DNA from: Candidatus Saccharimonadales bacterium
GTDB lineage: Bacteria > Patescibacteriota > Saccharimonadia > Saccharimonadales > DATKHC01
Direction: 5' to 3'
Assembly (NCBI GenBank): GCA_038317055.1
Contig: JBBQBA010000002.1
Span: 136,106 to 180,966, forward strand
DNA length: 44,861 nt
Part shown: one piece after another, positions 17,054-25,098 of the stretch
How the letters are laid out: the number at the start of each line of letters is the position of its first letter
How positions within the stretch are numbered: the first letter of the stretch is position 1
The notes under the pieces: generated by a model
What the model saw: the letters and a program-made list of their open reading frames with translations, nothing else
What the model was told of the DNA's origin: nothing
Databases searched by the model: none
Made by a program: the position numbers and the translations under genes

Positions 17054-17302
17054 ATGAGTTTAACAAGTACAGATCTAGCAGATATTAGAGGCATTCTTAA
17101 GGAGGAGCTAGAGCTACTACAAGGTGAGCTTAAAGCTTTGAGTAATGATATAAATGTTATTTACCAAATGATCTCTGATTTACAGAATAAAACATTACCA
17201 AATAAGTAATTCCAAAAACTTAGCGTGTAGCAGAAGCTTATAAAATTAAACTCTGACCTTCTTTTTGCTGCAAAACAAGCTGGTGTACGGTTACCGCGAT
17301 AA
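17054..17302 (+). pseudogene. Small coiled-coil ORF (51 aa to TAA 17207-17209) whose frame continues through TAA and TAG to 17302; likely a decayed gene
   Basis: MSLTSTDLADIRGILKEELELLQGELKALSNDINVIYQMISDLQNKTLPNK*FQKLSV*QKLIKLNSDLLFAAKQAGVRLPR*, all in one frame. Below the ORF-track size cut-off. Confidence 0.35.
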
Positions 17303-17320
17303 TTGAATATAACCTAAAAA

Positions 17321-17352
17321 GTTATGTACTCAACCTCTAGCCCCAGCCAAAT
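17321..17352 (+). repeat. Array repeat R8
   Basis: GTTATGTACTCAACCTCTAGCCCCAGCCAAAT. The 3' half CTCTAGCCCCAGCCAA is identical to R2. Confidence 0.7.
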
Positions 17353-17361
17353 TACTTAAAC

Positions 17362-17390
17362 TTGCATTGAGACATGAATAGTAAGATACT
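17362..17390 (+). promoter_or_regulatory. Candidate promoter of cassette 8
   Basis: TTGCAT, 17-nt spacer, GATACT. An SD GGAG at 17406-17409 precedes ATG 17417. Confidence 0.4.
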
Positions 17391-17416
17391 TTCATTAGAT
17401 TTAATCGGAGACAAGC

Positions 17417-17797
17417 ATGAAAATACGAAGTAAGTTAAATGAAGAAAGACATCCTGAATTCCTACCATCAGAATGTCTAGGAGAAGCATGTCCGAATTTC
17501 ACCGGTTCAGCCTGTGATGATAGTGAAGTTGAATGGATGAGAGCGGACGCTCCGACCAAAAAAAGAGATACAAAAAAACCACCTTTTAAAGATGACACAA
17601 GATATATAATTTATGGACAACGATGTCTGACTGGAGAGGGCCCAGAATTAGTAGCACAACGAGTAGAAATTTATAAACCTGACGAAGTTAATATGGCTGG
17701 AATCATTGCAATAACAGGCATGTATGGCGAAATGCCAGTTGAAGTTGTAAACGGGTATCTATCTGGGTCTATTCAGAATATCGTTACTTCAGAATAA
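17417..17797 (+). CDS. Hypothetical protein (cassette 8)
   Basis: 126-aa ORF with a GGAG SD. Cys-containing N-terminus (ECLGEACPNFTGSAC). No family recognised. Confidence 0.55.
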   Translation: MKIRSKLNEERHPEFLPSECLGEACPNFTGSACDDSEVEWMRADAPTKKRDTKKPPFKDDTRYIIYGQRCLTGEGPELVAQRVEIYKPDEVNMAGIIAITGMYGEMPVEVVNGYLSGSIQNIVTSE

Positions 17798-17798
17798 A

Positions 17799-17832
17799 GT
17801 TCGGAACTCGGTCTTTAGCTCCAGTCAAGATG
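17799..17832 (+). repeat. Array repeat R9 (last clear copy)
   Basis: GTTCGGAACTCGGTCTTTAGCTCCAGTCAAGATG, with 1 nt between it and the stop of the preceding ORF. Confidence 0.8.
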
Positions 17833-17862
17833 TAACCTTATTTTTACAATACTTGCACTAAA

Positions 17863-17871
17863 TGTTACTAT
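17863..17871 (+). promoter_or_regulatory. Extended -10 promoter upstream of the patatin-like gene
   Basis: TGtTACTAT. This geometry favours ATG 17881 (10 nt after the -10) over the ORF-track ATG 17872, which abuts the -10. Confidence 0.4.
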
Positions 17872-18864
17872 ATGTTCTCAATGAGTTTGGAAGTTTTAGA
17901 TATATTAAAGGAACGGTCATTAGACGGCTATATATCAGGTTATGATAATGACGAGCATAATGTAGTTATTTCTATAGACAGCGGGGGCATGGCGGGTTCT
18001 GTTGGTTGTGGATCCCTAGAGGTTCTACAGGAAGAAGGCTTACTTAAAGTAGTCGATGGTTACTCTGGGGCATCAATCGGAGCAATTATTGCCTCATATG
18101 CTGCATTAGGTCGCATCGATCAAATTGAAGAAGCATTTACTGAACCGATGACTGAGACTAGATTTATGGCTTCTAATTTACTAGGTAGAGTTGCATCCTA
18201 TGTTAGTTTCAAAAGAGATAAAACCGGAAATATTCCAGCCGCACAAAATATGGGAGTACTTGGTGACATTATTCATGGAGATCTCGATACAAAAAATCTA
18301 AGAATGTCTGAAGTACCAATAGTAGCTAGTATCACATCTTTAGATGAGTTTGAAACAGTTGGTCGAGACCTAAGAGAACTAAATGATAATCAAATTATAG
18401 ATTTTTTAACTCGTGGTTGTGCGTTTCCATTTGTAAGCGGCCAATATATTGGAGTTGAAGGCATTACCAGTCGAGCAATTGATGGTGCTTTTACTTTGTT
18501 AGCTAGCGAACAACTCGCACTTTCGCTAGACCCAACTAATATTCTAAGTATAGGGCTTACACCATATAAAAAATGGGAATATGGAATAAAAGAAAAACTA
18601 GCTAGAAGAATAGTTGGAATGTGGTTAGCTCAAGATGCAGGATTAGGTGTAAATATATATAAAAAATACGTCCAGCTGGGTGATGTACAAGCCGAGTATT
18701 TAAAACAGTTTAGTAAGAGTGGCTTTACTCTAAATGGAGTGATTGTGGAGAAAGTATATCCACGGGCTGATAAAGATTTGCCAGGTAGACTTACTATGGA
18801 TCCTAATAAGATAAAAAGAGGTTTCATATTAGGACGACAGGCAATGCAAACTGCGCTTAAATAA
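17872..18864 (+). CDS. Patatin-like phospholipase
   Basis: DSGGMAGSVG (oxyanion Gly-rich loop), GASIG (GxSxG nucleophile) and AIDGAF (catalytic Asp, DGA). The start may be 17881. Confidence 0.75.
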   Translation: MFSMSLEVLDILKERSLDGYISGYDNDEHNVVISIDSGGMAGSVGCGSLEVLQEEGLLKVVDGYSGASIGAIIASYAALGRIDQIEEAFTEPMTETRFMASNLLGRVASYVSFKRDKTGNIPAAQNMGVLGDIIHGDLDTKNLRMSEVPIVASITSLDEFETVGRDLRELNDNQIIDFLTRGCAFPFVSGQYIGVEGITSRAIDGAFTLLASEQLALSLDPTNILSIGLTPYKKWEYGIKEKLARRIVGMWLAQDAGLGVNIYKKYVQLGDVQAEYLKQFSKSGFTLNGVIVEKVYPRADKDLPGRLTMDPNKIKRGFILGRQAMQTALK

Positions 18865-18931
18865 AAGGTAAATAATTAAAATAATTATAATATACAAGAT
18901 CGCAAATAAATCGTTTTACTCCTAATTTAAA

Positions 18932-19114
18932 TTAAAGTATTTTCTGGTCAGGTTTAATTACTTGATCTGATTGTTTCACTGTGGAGCCATTGAGTGGCTC
19001 GTTGCTGATATGCATCTGATCAATATTTATTGTTGATACTGGAGTTAAACTACCAAGATCTTTCAGCGAACGATGATGAAATTTCCAATAAACAAATCCA
19101 CTTCCAAGTAACAC
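18932..19114 (-). CDS. Small protein; probable N-terminal TM anchor lies upstream of any canonical start
   Basis: The frame is open from 19189. The hydrophobic helix SIYYLLATVVLVLLGSGFVYW is cut by the only canonical start (GTG 19114). Only ATT codons lie further upstream. Confidence 0.3.
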   Translation of the reverse strand: MLLGSGFVYWKFHHRSLKDLGSLTPVSTINIDQMHISNEPLNGSTVKQSDQVIKPDQKIL

Positions 19115-19181
19115 AAGAACTACAGTAGCTAGTAAGTAATAAATTGAGTCAGAATTAGTGCTTTTACTAATAGGTTTAGTA

Positions 19182-20198
19182 CTAACTAGCTAACTCTATA
19201 CTTAGTAGTTTATTTTGAGCGCTGGTGAGTGTAACTTGCGTACTAGTAATTTTGTTGTTGGGTCCAACAACAATAATGGTGTGTTTACCAATTAAAACAT
19301 TTTGAAAAGTAGCTAGTCCGTCTTTATCTGTCGTAACGGACATTTTGTTATCCAGGGTTACTTTAGCTCCCGGGATTGATTGAGCCTGTTTAGTATCGAC
19401 AGCTACAGTTAGCGTGGCGGTTGATTTAACGGTAGACGAATCGACTAATGGATTTGTTGAGCTTGGTATCGCTGCTGTAATAGCTGGTGTGGTTGTGGTG
19501 GTAGTTGTTGTTTTCTTAGATGAAGAACTAGAACCTGTTCCAGAAACCGGGGTTGACCCTGAGCTTTGGGCTGGGGTAGATGTAGTTAAAAAAGTCAAAT
19601 TTTGGACTGCATTATCATTTGATACATCGCCAAAACTGAGATTACAGATATAACCCGCCGCAACCTGAGCAGGAGTTGGAGGACAAGGATATTTAGCTGC
19701 GTCAACAGCGGCATCACCGCCCGTACTATCTGTACCTGTATTTGGAGGTCCAACTGTGCCGGTAACGATAGTAAAGGCCGTTGAAGGTATATTTCCACTA
19801 CTATCAGTGTTTACTAACGCTGAAAAAGGCTTAGAGCACGATACAGGTATTGGATTCCCGAAAAAAGTGATTGTAGGTTGACTTGGATCGCTATTACATT
19901 CAAGTATTGATCCAGTTGAATTTGCCGTAAAACCTGACCCCGAAACAGTAACAACCTGTCCGTTACTAAGGTTAGTGCTTGGCGTGACACTCATGGACCC
20001 GGATGCCCAAATAACAACGGGACTAAATATATAAGCTACTACTGAAATAGTAAGTAAATATTTTATTATATTTTGTTTTATTGAAGTTTGTTTTTCTATA
20101 GTGATGCTCCTAGAACTATAGTCTACTTTGATTATACAATTAAATTGGATATTAAATATATATAATAATTTCATAAATCTCACCACTACAGTGGTCAT
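19182..20198 (-). CDS. Secreted/cell-surface protein with a poly-Thr linker
   Basis: Hydrophobic signal/anchor (YLLTISVVAYIFSPVVIWASG), a beta-rich domain (VTPSTNLSNGQVVTVSGSGF), a Ser/Thr-rich linker (KKTTTTTTTTP) and a C-terminal beta domain. Exact start uncertain. Confidence 0.6.
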   Translation of the reverse strand: MTTVVVRFMKLLYIFNIQFNCIIKVDYSSRSITIEKQTSIKQNIIKYLLTISVVAYIFSPVVIWASGSMSVTPSTNLSNGQVVTVSGSGFTANSTGSILECNSDPSQPTITFFGNPIPVSCSKPFSALVNTDSSGNIPSTAFTIVTGTVGPPNTGTDSTGGDAAVDAAKYPCPPTPAQVAAGYICNLSFGDVSNDNAVQNLTFLTTSTPAQSSGSTPVSGTGSSSSSKKTTTTTTTTPAITAAIPSSTNPLVDSSTVKSTATLTVAVDTKQAQSIPGAKVTLDNKMSVTTDKDGLATFQNVLIGKHTIIVVGPNNKITSTQVTLTSAQNKLLSIELAS

Positions 20199-20239
20199 AG
20201 GATAGGTTTTAGGTGAAATATCCCCTATAATACCTGGTT

Positions 20240-21898
20240 ATGCTCTTATCCGTTGAAATAGCTGAAAAATCTTTTGGTCATAAAACTCTATATAATGATT
20301 TAAGTTTTGATATTCAAGAAAATGAAAAAGTGGGATTTATCGGCAGGAATGGTACCGGTAAATCAACTTTGCTAAATTTAATAACCGGAGAAGATAAAGA
20401 TTTTCATGGTAAAGTTCAGATTAAGCGTGGAACAGTACTTATAAGTAGTAGGCAAGAACATCATGATCATGAAGCTAAGACAGTACTAGAATACATTCAG
20501 GGCGATTTACCGGAATACGCATACCTAACAAAGATTATCGATACATATCCAGACACGATGGGTAGTGACACTAGAAAACTACAAGTTTTTTCAGATGCGT
20601 TAGAACGTTTTGGTCAACTTGATTATTATCAAATTGAAGACGAAATTAAACAAGCTTTTGAAAGTTATCAAATTGACCCAAATAAACTTCATAAATCCAT
20701 TGGCTCATTAAGTGGTGGTGAGAAAAGAATGATAGAGCTAATTAAAGTCCAACGTAGCCGTGGGCATGTTGCACTAATTGACGAACCAACCAACCATATG
20801 GACTATGTTGCCAAAGCTGAGTTTATTAAGTGGCTCAAAAGTGCTCAAGAAGCTGTTCTTGTTATAACTCACGATAGAGACGTATTAACTACGGTAGATA
20901 GAATAATTGAGATTCGAGATGGAAAGTGTTTTAGCTTCCGAGGAAACTACGACGCATATTTAAAAACAAACACAAATCAAATTACTAATCAGGTTAATGA
21001 ATACGAATTATCTCAGAGACGTATAGCAAATCTCGAAGATGATGTTATTAGATTTAGACGATTAAAAGAAAAATCTCGTGATCCCGGTACAATTCATCGA
21101 TTTAAAGCACAAGAAACAAGAGCTAAAGACGAAATCGAAAAATTAAGAAAAACCGATAAACCTTCTTTTTGGATCGATCAAGAATCAGCAAACACGATGA
21201 ACGATAAATTAACGGCTGCTTATGACAAACATAAAGCCAAAAATATAAAAGTTTCGACCCGTAAAAAACATACAGATAGCGAAGGTAGGCGATTAATAAA
21301 AATTACTAAACTAAGCTTAGGATATGACGCCCCATTATTTAAAAATATTAACCTAGATCTACACGAGGGTGAGAGAATCAGACTACATGGTCGTAATGGG
21401 GCAGGTAAATCCACAATAGTTCAAGCGATTATGGCAGAAGCGAACAATCAGCAATTAGCATCTAAATGTTTTGATGGTTTAATAGAGGTTGAAAAAGAGA
21501 TAAAAATCGGACTATACGAACAAGAAATAAATTCTAGCTATTTAAAACTAACACTTAATGATGCACTTGAAAAAATCTTAGAAGATAAAAATCTTCCAAT
21601 TAATCCTCAAAAAATTAAACAACTTTTAAGCGATTATTTATTTAATCCTAATTCTGATGGGCAAATGTTAGTAGAACGATTAAGTGGCGGTCAAAAGGCA
21701 AGAGTACAGTTAATTTCAATGCTAGTTAATGATCCACAAGTATTAATTTTAGATGAACCAACAAATCACTTAGACCTACCTAGTATCGAAGAACTTGAAA
21801 ACTCCTTGAAAGATTATCATGGAGCTATAATATATATATCTCATGATAGCTTTTTTTCAAATAAAATGGGCGGTGATACCGTAACTATAAACGGTTAG
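20240..21898 (+). CDS. ABC-F family ATPase (two ABC domains, no TM domain)
   Basis: Two Walker A motifs (GRNGTGKST, GRNGAGKST), two signatures (LSGGEKRM, LSGGQKARV) and a charged inter-domain linker. Confidence 0.9.
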   Translation: MLLSVEIAEKSFGHKTLYNDLSFDIQENEKVGFIGRNGTGKSTLLNLITGEDKDFHGKVQIKRGTVLISSRQEHHDHEAKTVLEYIQGDLPEYAYLTKIIDTYPDTMGSDTRKLQVFSDALERFGQLDYYQIEDEIKQAFESYQIDPNKLHKSIGSLSGGEKRMIELIKVQRSRGHVALIDEPTNHMDYVAKAEFIKWLKSAQEAVLVITHDRDVLTTVDRIIEIRDGKCFSFRGNYDAYLKTNTNQITNQVNEYELSQRRIANLEDDVIRFRRLKEKSRDPGTIHRFKAQETRAKDEIEKLRKTDKPSFWIDQESANTMNDKLTAAYDKHKAKNIKVSTRKKHTDSEGRRLIKITKLSLGYDAPLFKNINLDLHEGERIRLHGRNGAGKSTIVQAIMAEANNQQLASKCFDGLIEVEKEIKIGLYEQEINSSYLKLTLNDALEKILEDKNLPINPQKIKQLLSDYLFNPNSDGQMLVERLSGGQKARVQLISMLVNDPQVLILDEPTNHLDLPSIEELENSLKDYHGAIIYISHDSFFSNKMGGDTVTING

Positions 21899-21959
21899 TT
21901 ATTAATTTAATATCCAATAGTCAGAATTGGTTATCTCATTATTGATATATAATGAACTT

Positions 21960-22511
21960 ATGTATTTAAGTAAGAATCAAGTTGCTCCAAACTTTACTAT
22001 TTCCGATATAAACGGCAAAAAGATTAAGTTAAGTGATTACGAAGGTAAAAAGCTACTTCTTTGTTTTTTTAGATATGCTGGTTGTCCATTCTGTAACTTA
22101 ATTCTTCAGAGTTTTATAGAACGCTACCCTAAACTTCATAAAAACGGTTTAGAGATATTAGCTTTTGTTCAATCTCCTAAAGAATCAATAATAGACTATA
22201 CGATGAAGCGTCATCATCCCAAACCACCTTTCCCCTTAATTGCTGATCCCAAACAAGAAATATACAAACTGTACGGAGTAGAAGCATCTGTGAGTAAGTT
22301 CGCTAGAAGTATTTTTAAAGTACCTTCTATGTTGAAAACTCTATATAAATATAAATATCCGCAAGGTAAAATAGACGGAAATGTTTTTTTAATGCCGGCA
22401 TTTTTCTTAATAGGTCCAGACGATCTAAAAATTTACGAATCTTATTATAGCCCTGATTTTTCAACGATGATACCAGATATAGATATAATCAATTTTCTCT
22501 CGGCGGTATAG
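21960..22511 (+). CDS. AhpC/TSA-redoxin family thioredoxin-fold protein (CPFC motif)
   Basis: APNFTISDINGKKIKLSDYEGKKLLLCFFRYAGCPFC is a peroxiredoxin-like N-terminus. ATG 21960 is preferred over TTG 21927. Confidence 0.65.
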   Translation: MYLSKNQVAPNFTISDINGKKIKLSDYEGKKLLLCFFRYAGCPFCNLILQSFIERYPKLHKNGLEILAFVQSPKESIIDYTMKRHHPKPPFPLIADPKQEIYKLYGVEASVSKFARSIFKVPSMLKTLYKYKYPQGKIDGNVFLMPAFFLIGPDDLKIYESYYSPDFSTMIPDIDIINFLSAV

Positions 22512-22514
22512 TCT

Positions 22515-24203
22515 TTATTTATTTCTAAACTTATGAGTTTTCATTGCTATATTTAGCGAATTTAAAGTTCGAGTAAGACCACTAATACCATTTTTATATA
22601 CTATAAATCTATCACTCCATACCGGTTCATACTTTTGTTTAAATTTATATAACCCGCTAAACGAATAGAATCTGTCACCATTTGCATATAGAAAACCTAG
22701 ACCGTTATCTATTAATGATCTGTTTTCTTCTTTCTTATCTAATCCTACGAGTGGGCATAAACCTAAATTAACCCTTTTAAAACCTTGTTTATGTGCAAAA
22801 TCAATGAAGTTCATAAGTATAAAATCATTGCTGTTTCCCGGAGAACTACTCGAATGTCTTAACATGTCAAAATTAGCTTCATCTTTATCAAATGAATGAA
22901 TTTGATTTATAAAAGCTTGAATAGTTGAAGCTTCATCTCGGATAACAAGTATATTACATTGTTGAATATAGGCTTTTGTAAAATAGCCCATCATAAAACT
23001 TCGCTCGGTTCGACCAGGCTTTTTTAACCAATCATTAGATATTTCCTGTAAACGGTTAACTATTGCATCATTGTGTGGAGGTGTAAGTACTTCAAATGTA
23101 AATTTTTGCTTTATAAATTTATTATTAATATTTCTAAAATACTTATTCTTAGACACAGATTTAACGAAATGATCTGTATCAACTATTGCTTCTTCACCAA
23201 TTTTTTGGCTCATAAAGCCAAGTTCTAGATATAAAGGATTATAATGACCTACTGTATGAATAAAGCTAGGTAACCAGTCATTAATTCTACAAAACTCACT
23301 AAATTGAATTATTAGGTCCTTAAACTCAGAAACAGCACCAAAAGGGTCACCAACTACTATTGCGATACCTCTGTGTACGTCAAAGGCTAGTCCAGCGCTA
23401 TCCTTGTCATTAAAGTAATAGTATTTGTCATGTGGCCATAATTTAAAATAATCTTCACTGTTGTTATGGCTAGATTCTAATAATTTCTTTGCTTTCTCTC
23501 GATTAACTGTTTGATCCTCATAACGAGCTTTCAAGGGTTGGAACAAAGATAATAGTATATAGCCAGCAGCAGCAATGCTTATAACGTTAAGTGAATCTAG
23601 AAAAACTCTTGCTCTTCGGGTATACGGGGTTAAATCCGAATCAGTAAAGTTAAATTGATCTATTGTGCGATGTACAGATTCGCTGAAACTAATCTCATGA
23701 TGAAAATCATTGTGATCCATTAAATGAAAACCAGCAATACCGTATATTAGAGTTACTAGAATAACAATAGAGATAATTCTAAGCGACACACCGAAACTTC
23801 TAATGTCGCTCCTTACATTATATGAACTACGGTTGAACATTAGTACCAAGATAATTAATAGGGGTAAAATTAAATCAAAAATGTAGATCATTGGACTATG
23901 ATGATGGCTTATAAATGACGAAAAATGGCTCAACCTAAAAAGAATATAGAAAGCATAAACAACTAATGTGAAAACCCAAGCTGTGTGTTTACGTCGCCAT
24001 AGCAAGTTTGAAAGATATATTAAAGTAATTCCAACAAGTAAATAGATTTCGACATTAAATTGGGTAGACCTAAAATCATGTTTAATAAATTGACCAATTA
24101 AAGTACCTAGAATAATAATAATTCCATTTAGTAAGACTCCGAAGGCGACTACTTGAACAGCGAAATATCTAACGTCTCTCGTTTTATTTAGGGATTGCTT
24201 CAT
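22515..24203 (-). CDS. MprF-like aminoacyl-phosphatidylglycerol synthase (polytopic N-domain plus DUF2156 domain)
   Basis: 562 aa. Multiple N-terminal TM helices. The C-terminal half (GLAFDVHRGIAIVVGDPFG, RTERSFMMGYF, FYSFSGLYKFKQKYEPVW) matches the lysyl-PG synthase C-domain pattern. Confidence 0.7.
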   Translation of the reverse strand: MKQSLNKTRDVRYFAVQVVAFGVLLNGIIIILGTLIGQFIKHDFRSTQFNVEIYLLVGITLIYLSNLLWRRKHTAWVFTLVVYAFYILFRLSHFSSFISHHHSPMIYIFDLILPLLIILVLMFNRSSYNVRSDIRSFGVSLRIISIVILVTLIYGIAGFHLMDHNDFHHEISFSESVHRTIDQFNFTDSDLTPYTRRARVFLDSLNVISIAAAGYILLSLFQPLKARYEDQTVNREKAKKLLESSHNNSEDYFKLWPHDKYYYFNDKDSAGLAFDVHRGIAIVVGDPFGAVSEFKDLIIQFSEFCRINDWLPSFIHTVGHYNPLYLELGFMSQKIGEEAIVDTDHFVKSVSKNKYFRNINNKFIKQKFTFEVLTPPHNDAIVNRLQEISNDWLKKPGRTERSFMMGYFTKAYIQQCNILVIRDEASTIQAFINQIHSFDKDEANFDMLRHSSSSPGNSNDFILMNFIDFAHKQGFKRVNLGLCPLVGLDKKEENRSLIDNGLGFLYANGDRFYSFSGLYKFKQKYEPVWSDRFIVYKNGISGLTRTLNSLNIAMKTHKFRNK

Positions 24204-24366
24204 AAGTCCATTTTTACACGACTATTGTAAGAACTTATCATAACAGGCACAAGCTTTTTTAGGGAGTCACAAAATAACCATATTCATATATAAAGGTTGT
24301 AGATTTGTGCTAGTGCTTGCATCACACATTTGACACCGCGTACACTATCTACTAAAGAGAGGTCGT

Positions 24367-25098
24367 ATGCAAGATAGTATTCCTACCGGTATATATAGCA
24401 ATATAGATATAGAAGAAGCAATGTTAGATGGACATATTATATGTACGCCATTTGATAAATTAAATGTACGTCAAACTAGTCTAGATGTTACGCTGGGTCA
24501 TTATTATTATCGAACCCAAGTATCAGCTGATAAACCAATATATAATCCTTTTGACAAAATCGAAGTTGAGGCGTTCTTTGATGGACCATATGAGGCAATG
24601 ATTCATGAACAGTGGGCTACTATGAATGGACTTAAGCCTCTTAAAAACATACCTCTCGATCAACCTGTTATTTCTCTTAAACCTGGAGAAAGAATACTAG
24701 GTCATACTCATGAGTTTTTGGGAATAAAGGCACCTGGTGCGTACATATTAAAGTCTCGTTCTAGTTGGGCTCGGAACGGTATTGCGGTTTGCTTAGATGC
24801 TGGTTTCGTAGACCCAGGCTACATTAATCGTTTGACGCTTGAAATTTACAATATAAATAGCAGCCAAACAATAGTCCTGCCAGTAGGTGAACGAATTGCC
24901 CAAGCAGTTTTTTTTCATAGTGGAGTCGTAAGAGGTGATTATGGCAAAGATAGTAAAGAAGGTTTTAGCGGCAAATATCAACATGAAACTGATATTGAAA
25001 ATACAATGCTTACTTGGTCACCCGACTTAATGTTACCAAAGGCATATCAAGACAAACGTAAAAAACCGACTAAAATCGATGGAATAGTTTATGAGTAG
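24367..25098 (+). CDS. dcd: dCTP deaminase family protein (long form)
   Basis: SLDVTLG, KSRSSWARNGI, GFVDPGY and TLEIYN (conserved Glu) parallel E. coli Dcd motifs. 243 aa. Confidence 0.8.
   Translation: MQDSIPTGIYSNIDIEEAMLDGHIICTPFDKLNVRQTSLDVTLGHYYYRTQVSADKPIYNPFDKIEVEAFFDGPYEAMIHEQWATMNGLKPLKNIPLDQPVISLKPGERILGHTHEFLGIKAPGAYILKSRSSWARNGIAVCLDAGFVDPGYINRLTLEIYNINSSQTIVLPVGERIAQAVFFHSGVVRGDYGKDSKEGFSGKYQHETDIENTMLTWSPDLMLPKAYQDKRKKPTKIDGIVYE

Larger units (their letters stand above)
12541..17832 (+). other. Repeat-punctuated gene-cassette array (10 same-orientation repeat copies, 8 units)
   Basis: See the individual repeat features. Start-to-start unit lengths are 300, 705, 92, 1937, 359, 1015, 372 and 478 nt. 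Each repeat sits 0-62 nt after a + strand stop codon. Confidence 0.6.

Noticed and set aside
17207-17230. Stop-codon reassignment (TAA/TAG read as sense)
   Set aside because: TAA and TAG terminate many well-supported genes here (for example rplA, rplL, rplJ and dnaX), and TGA also terminates genes (thyA). Pseudogenisation is the simpler explanation.
12541-17832. CRISPR array
   Set aside because: Repeat spacing is 92-1937 nt and irregular. The intervening segments contain ORFs with promoters, the repeats are imperfect, and no cas genes are present.
12541-17832. Classical integron (attC sites)
   Set aside because: The repeat is about 30-35 nt and lacks the imperfect palindrome (R''/L''...L'/R') of attC. 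Its start GTTCGGA does not fit the GTTRRRY core. No intI or attI is present in the window, and cassettes carry their own promoters. Only the overall ORF-plus-site logic is similar.
19470-19520. Tandem DNA repeat in the surface-protein gene
   Set aside because: It is a short run of Thr/Ser codons (poly-Thr linker), meaning coding low complexity rather than an independent repeat element.
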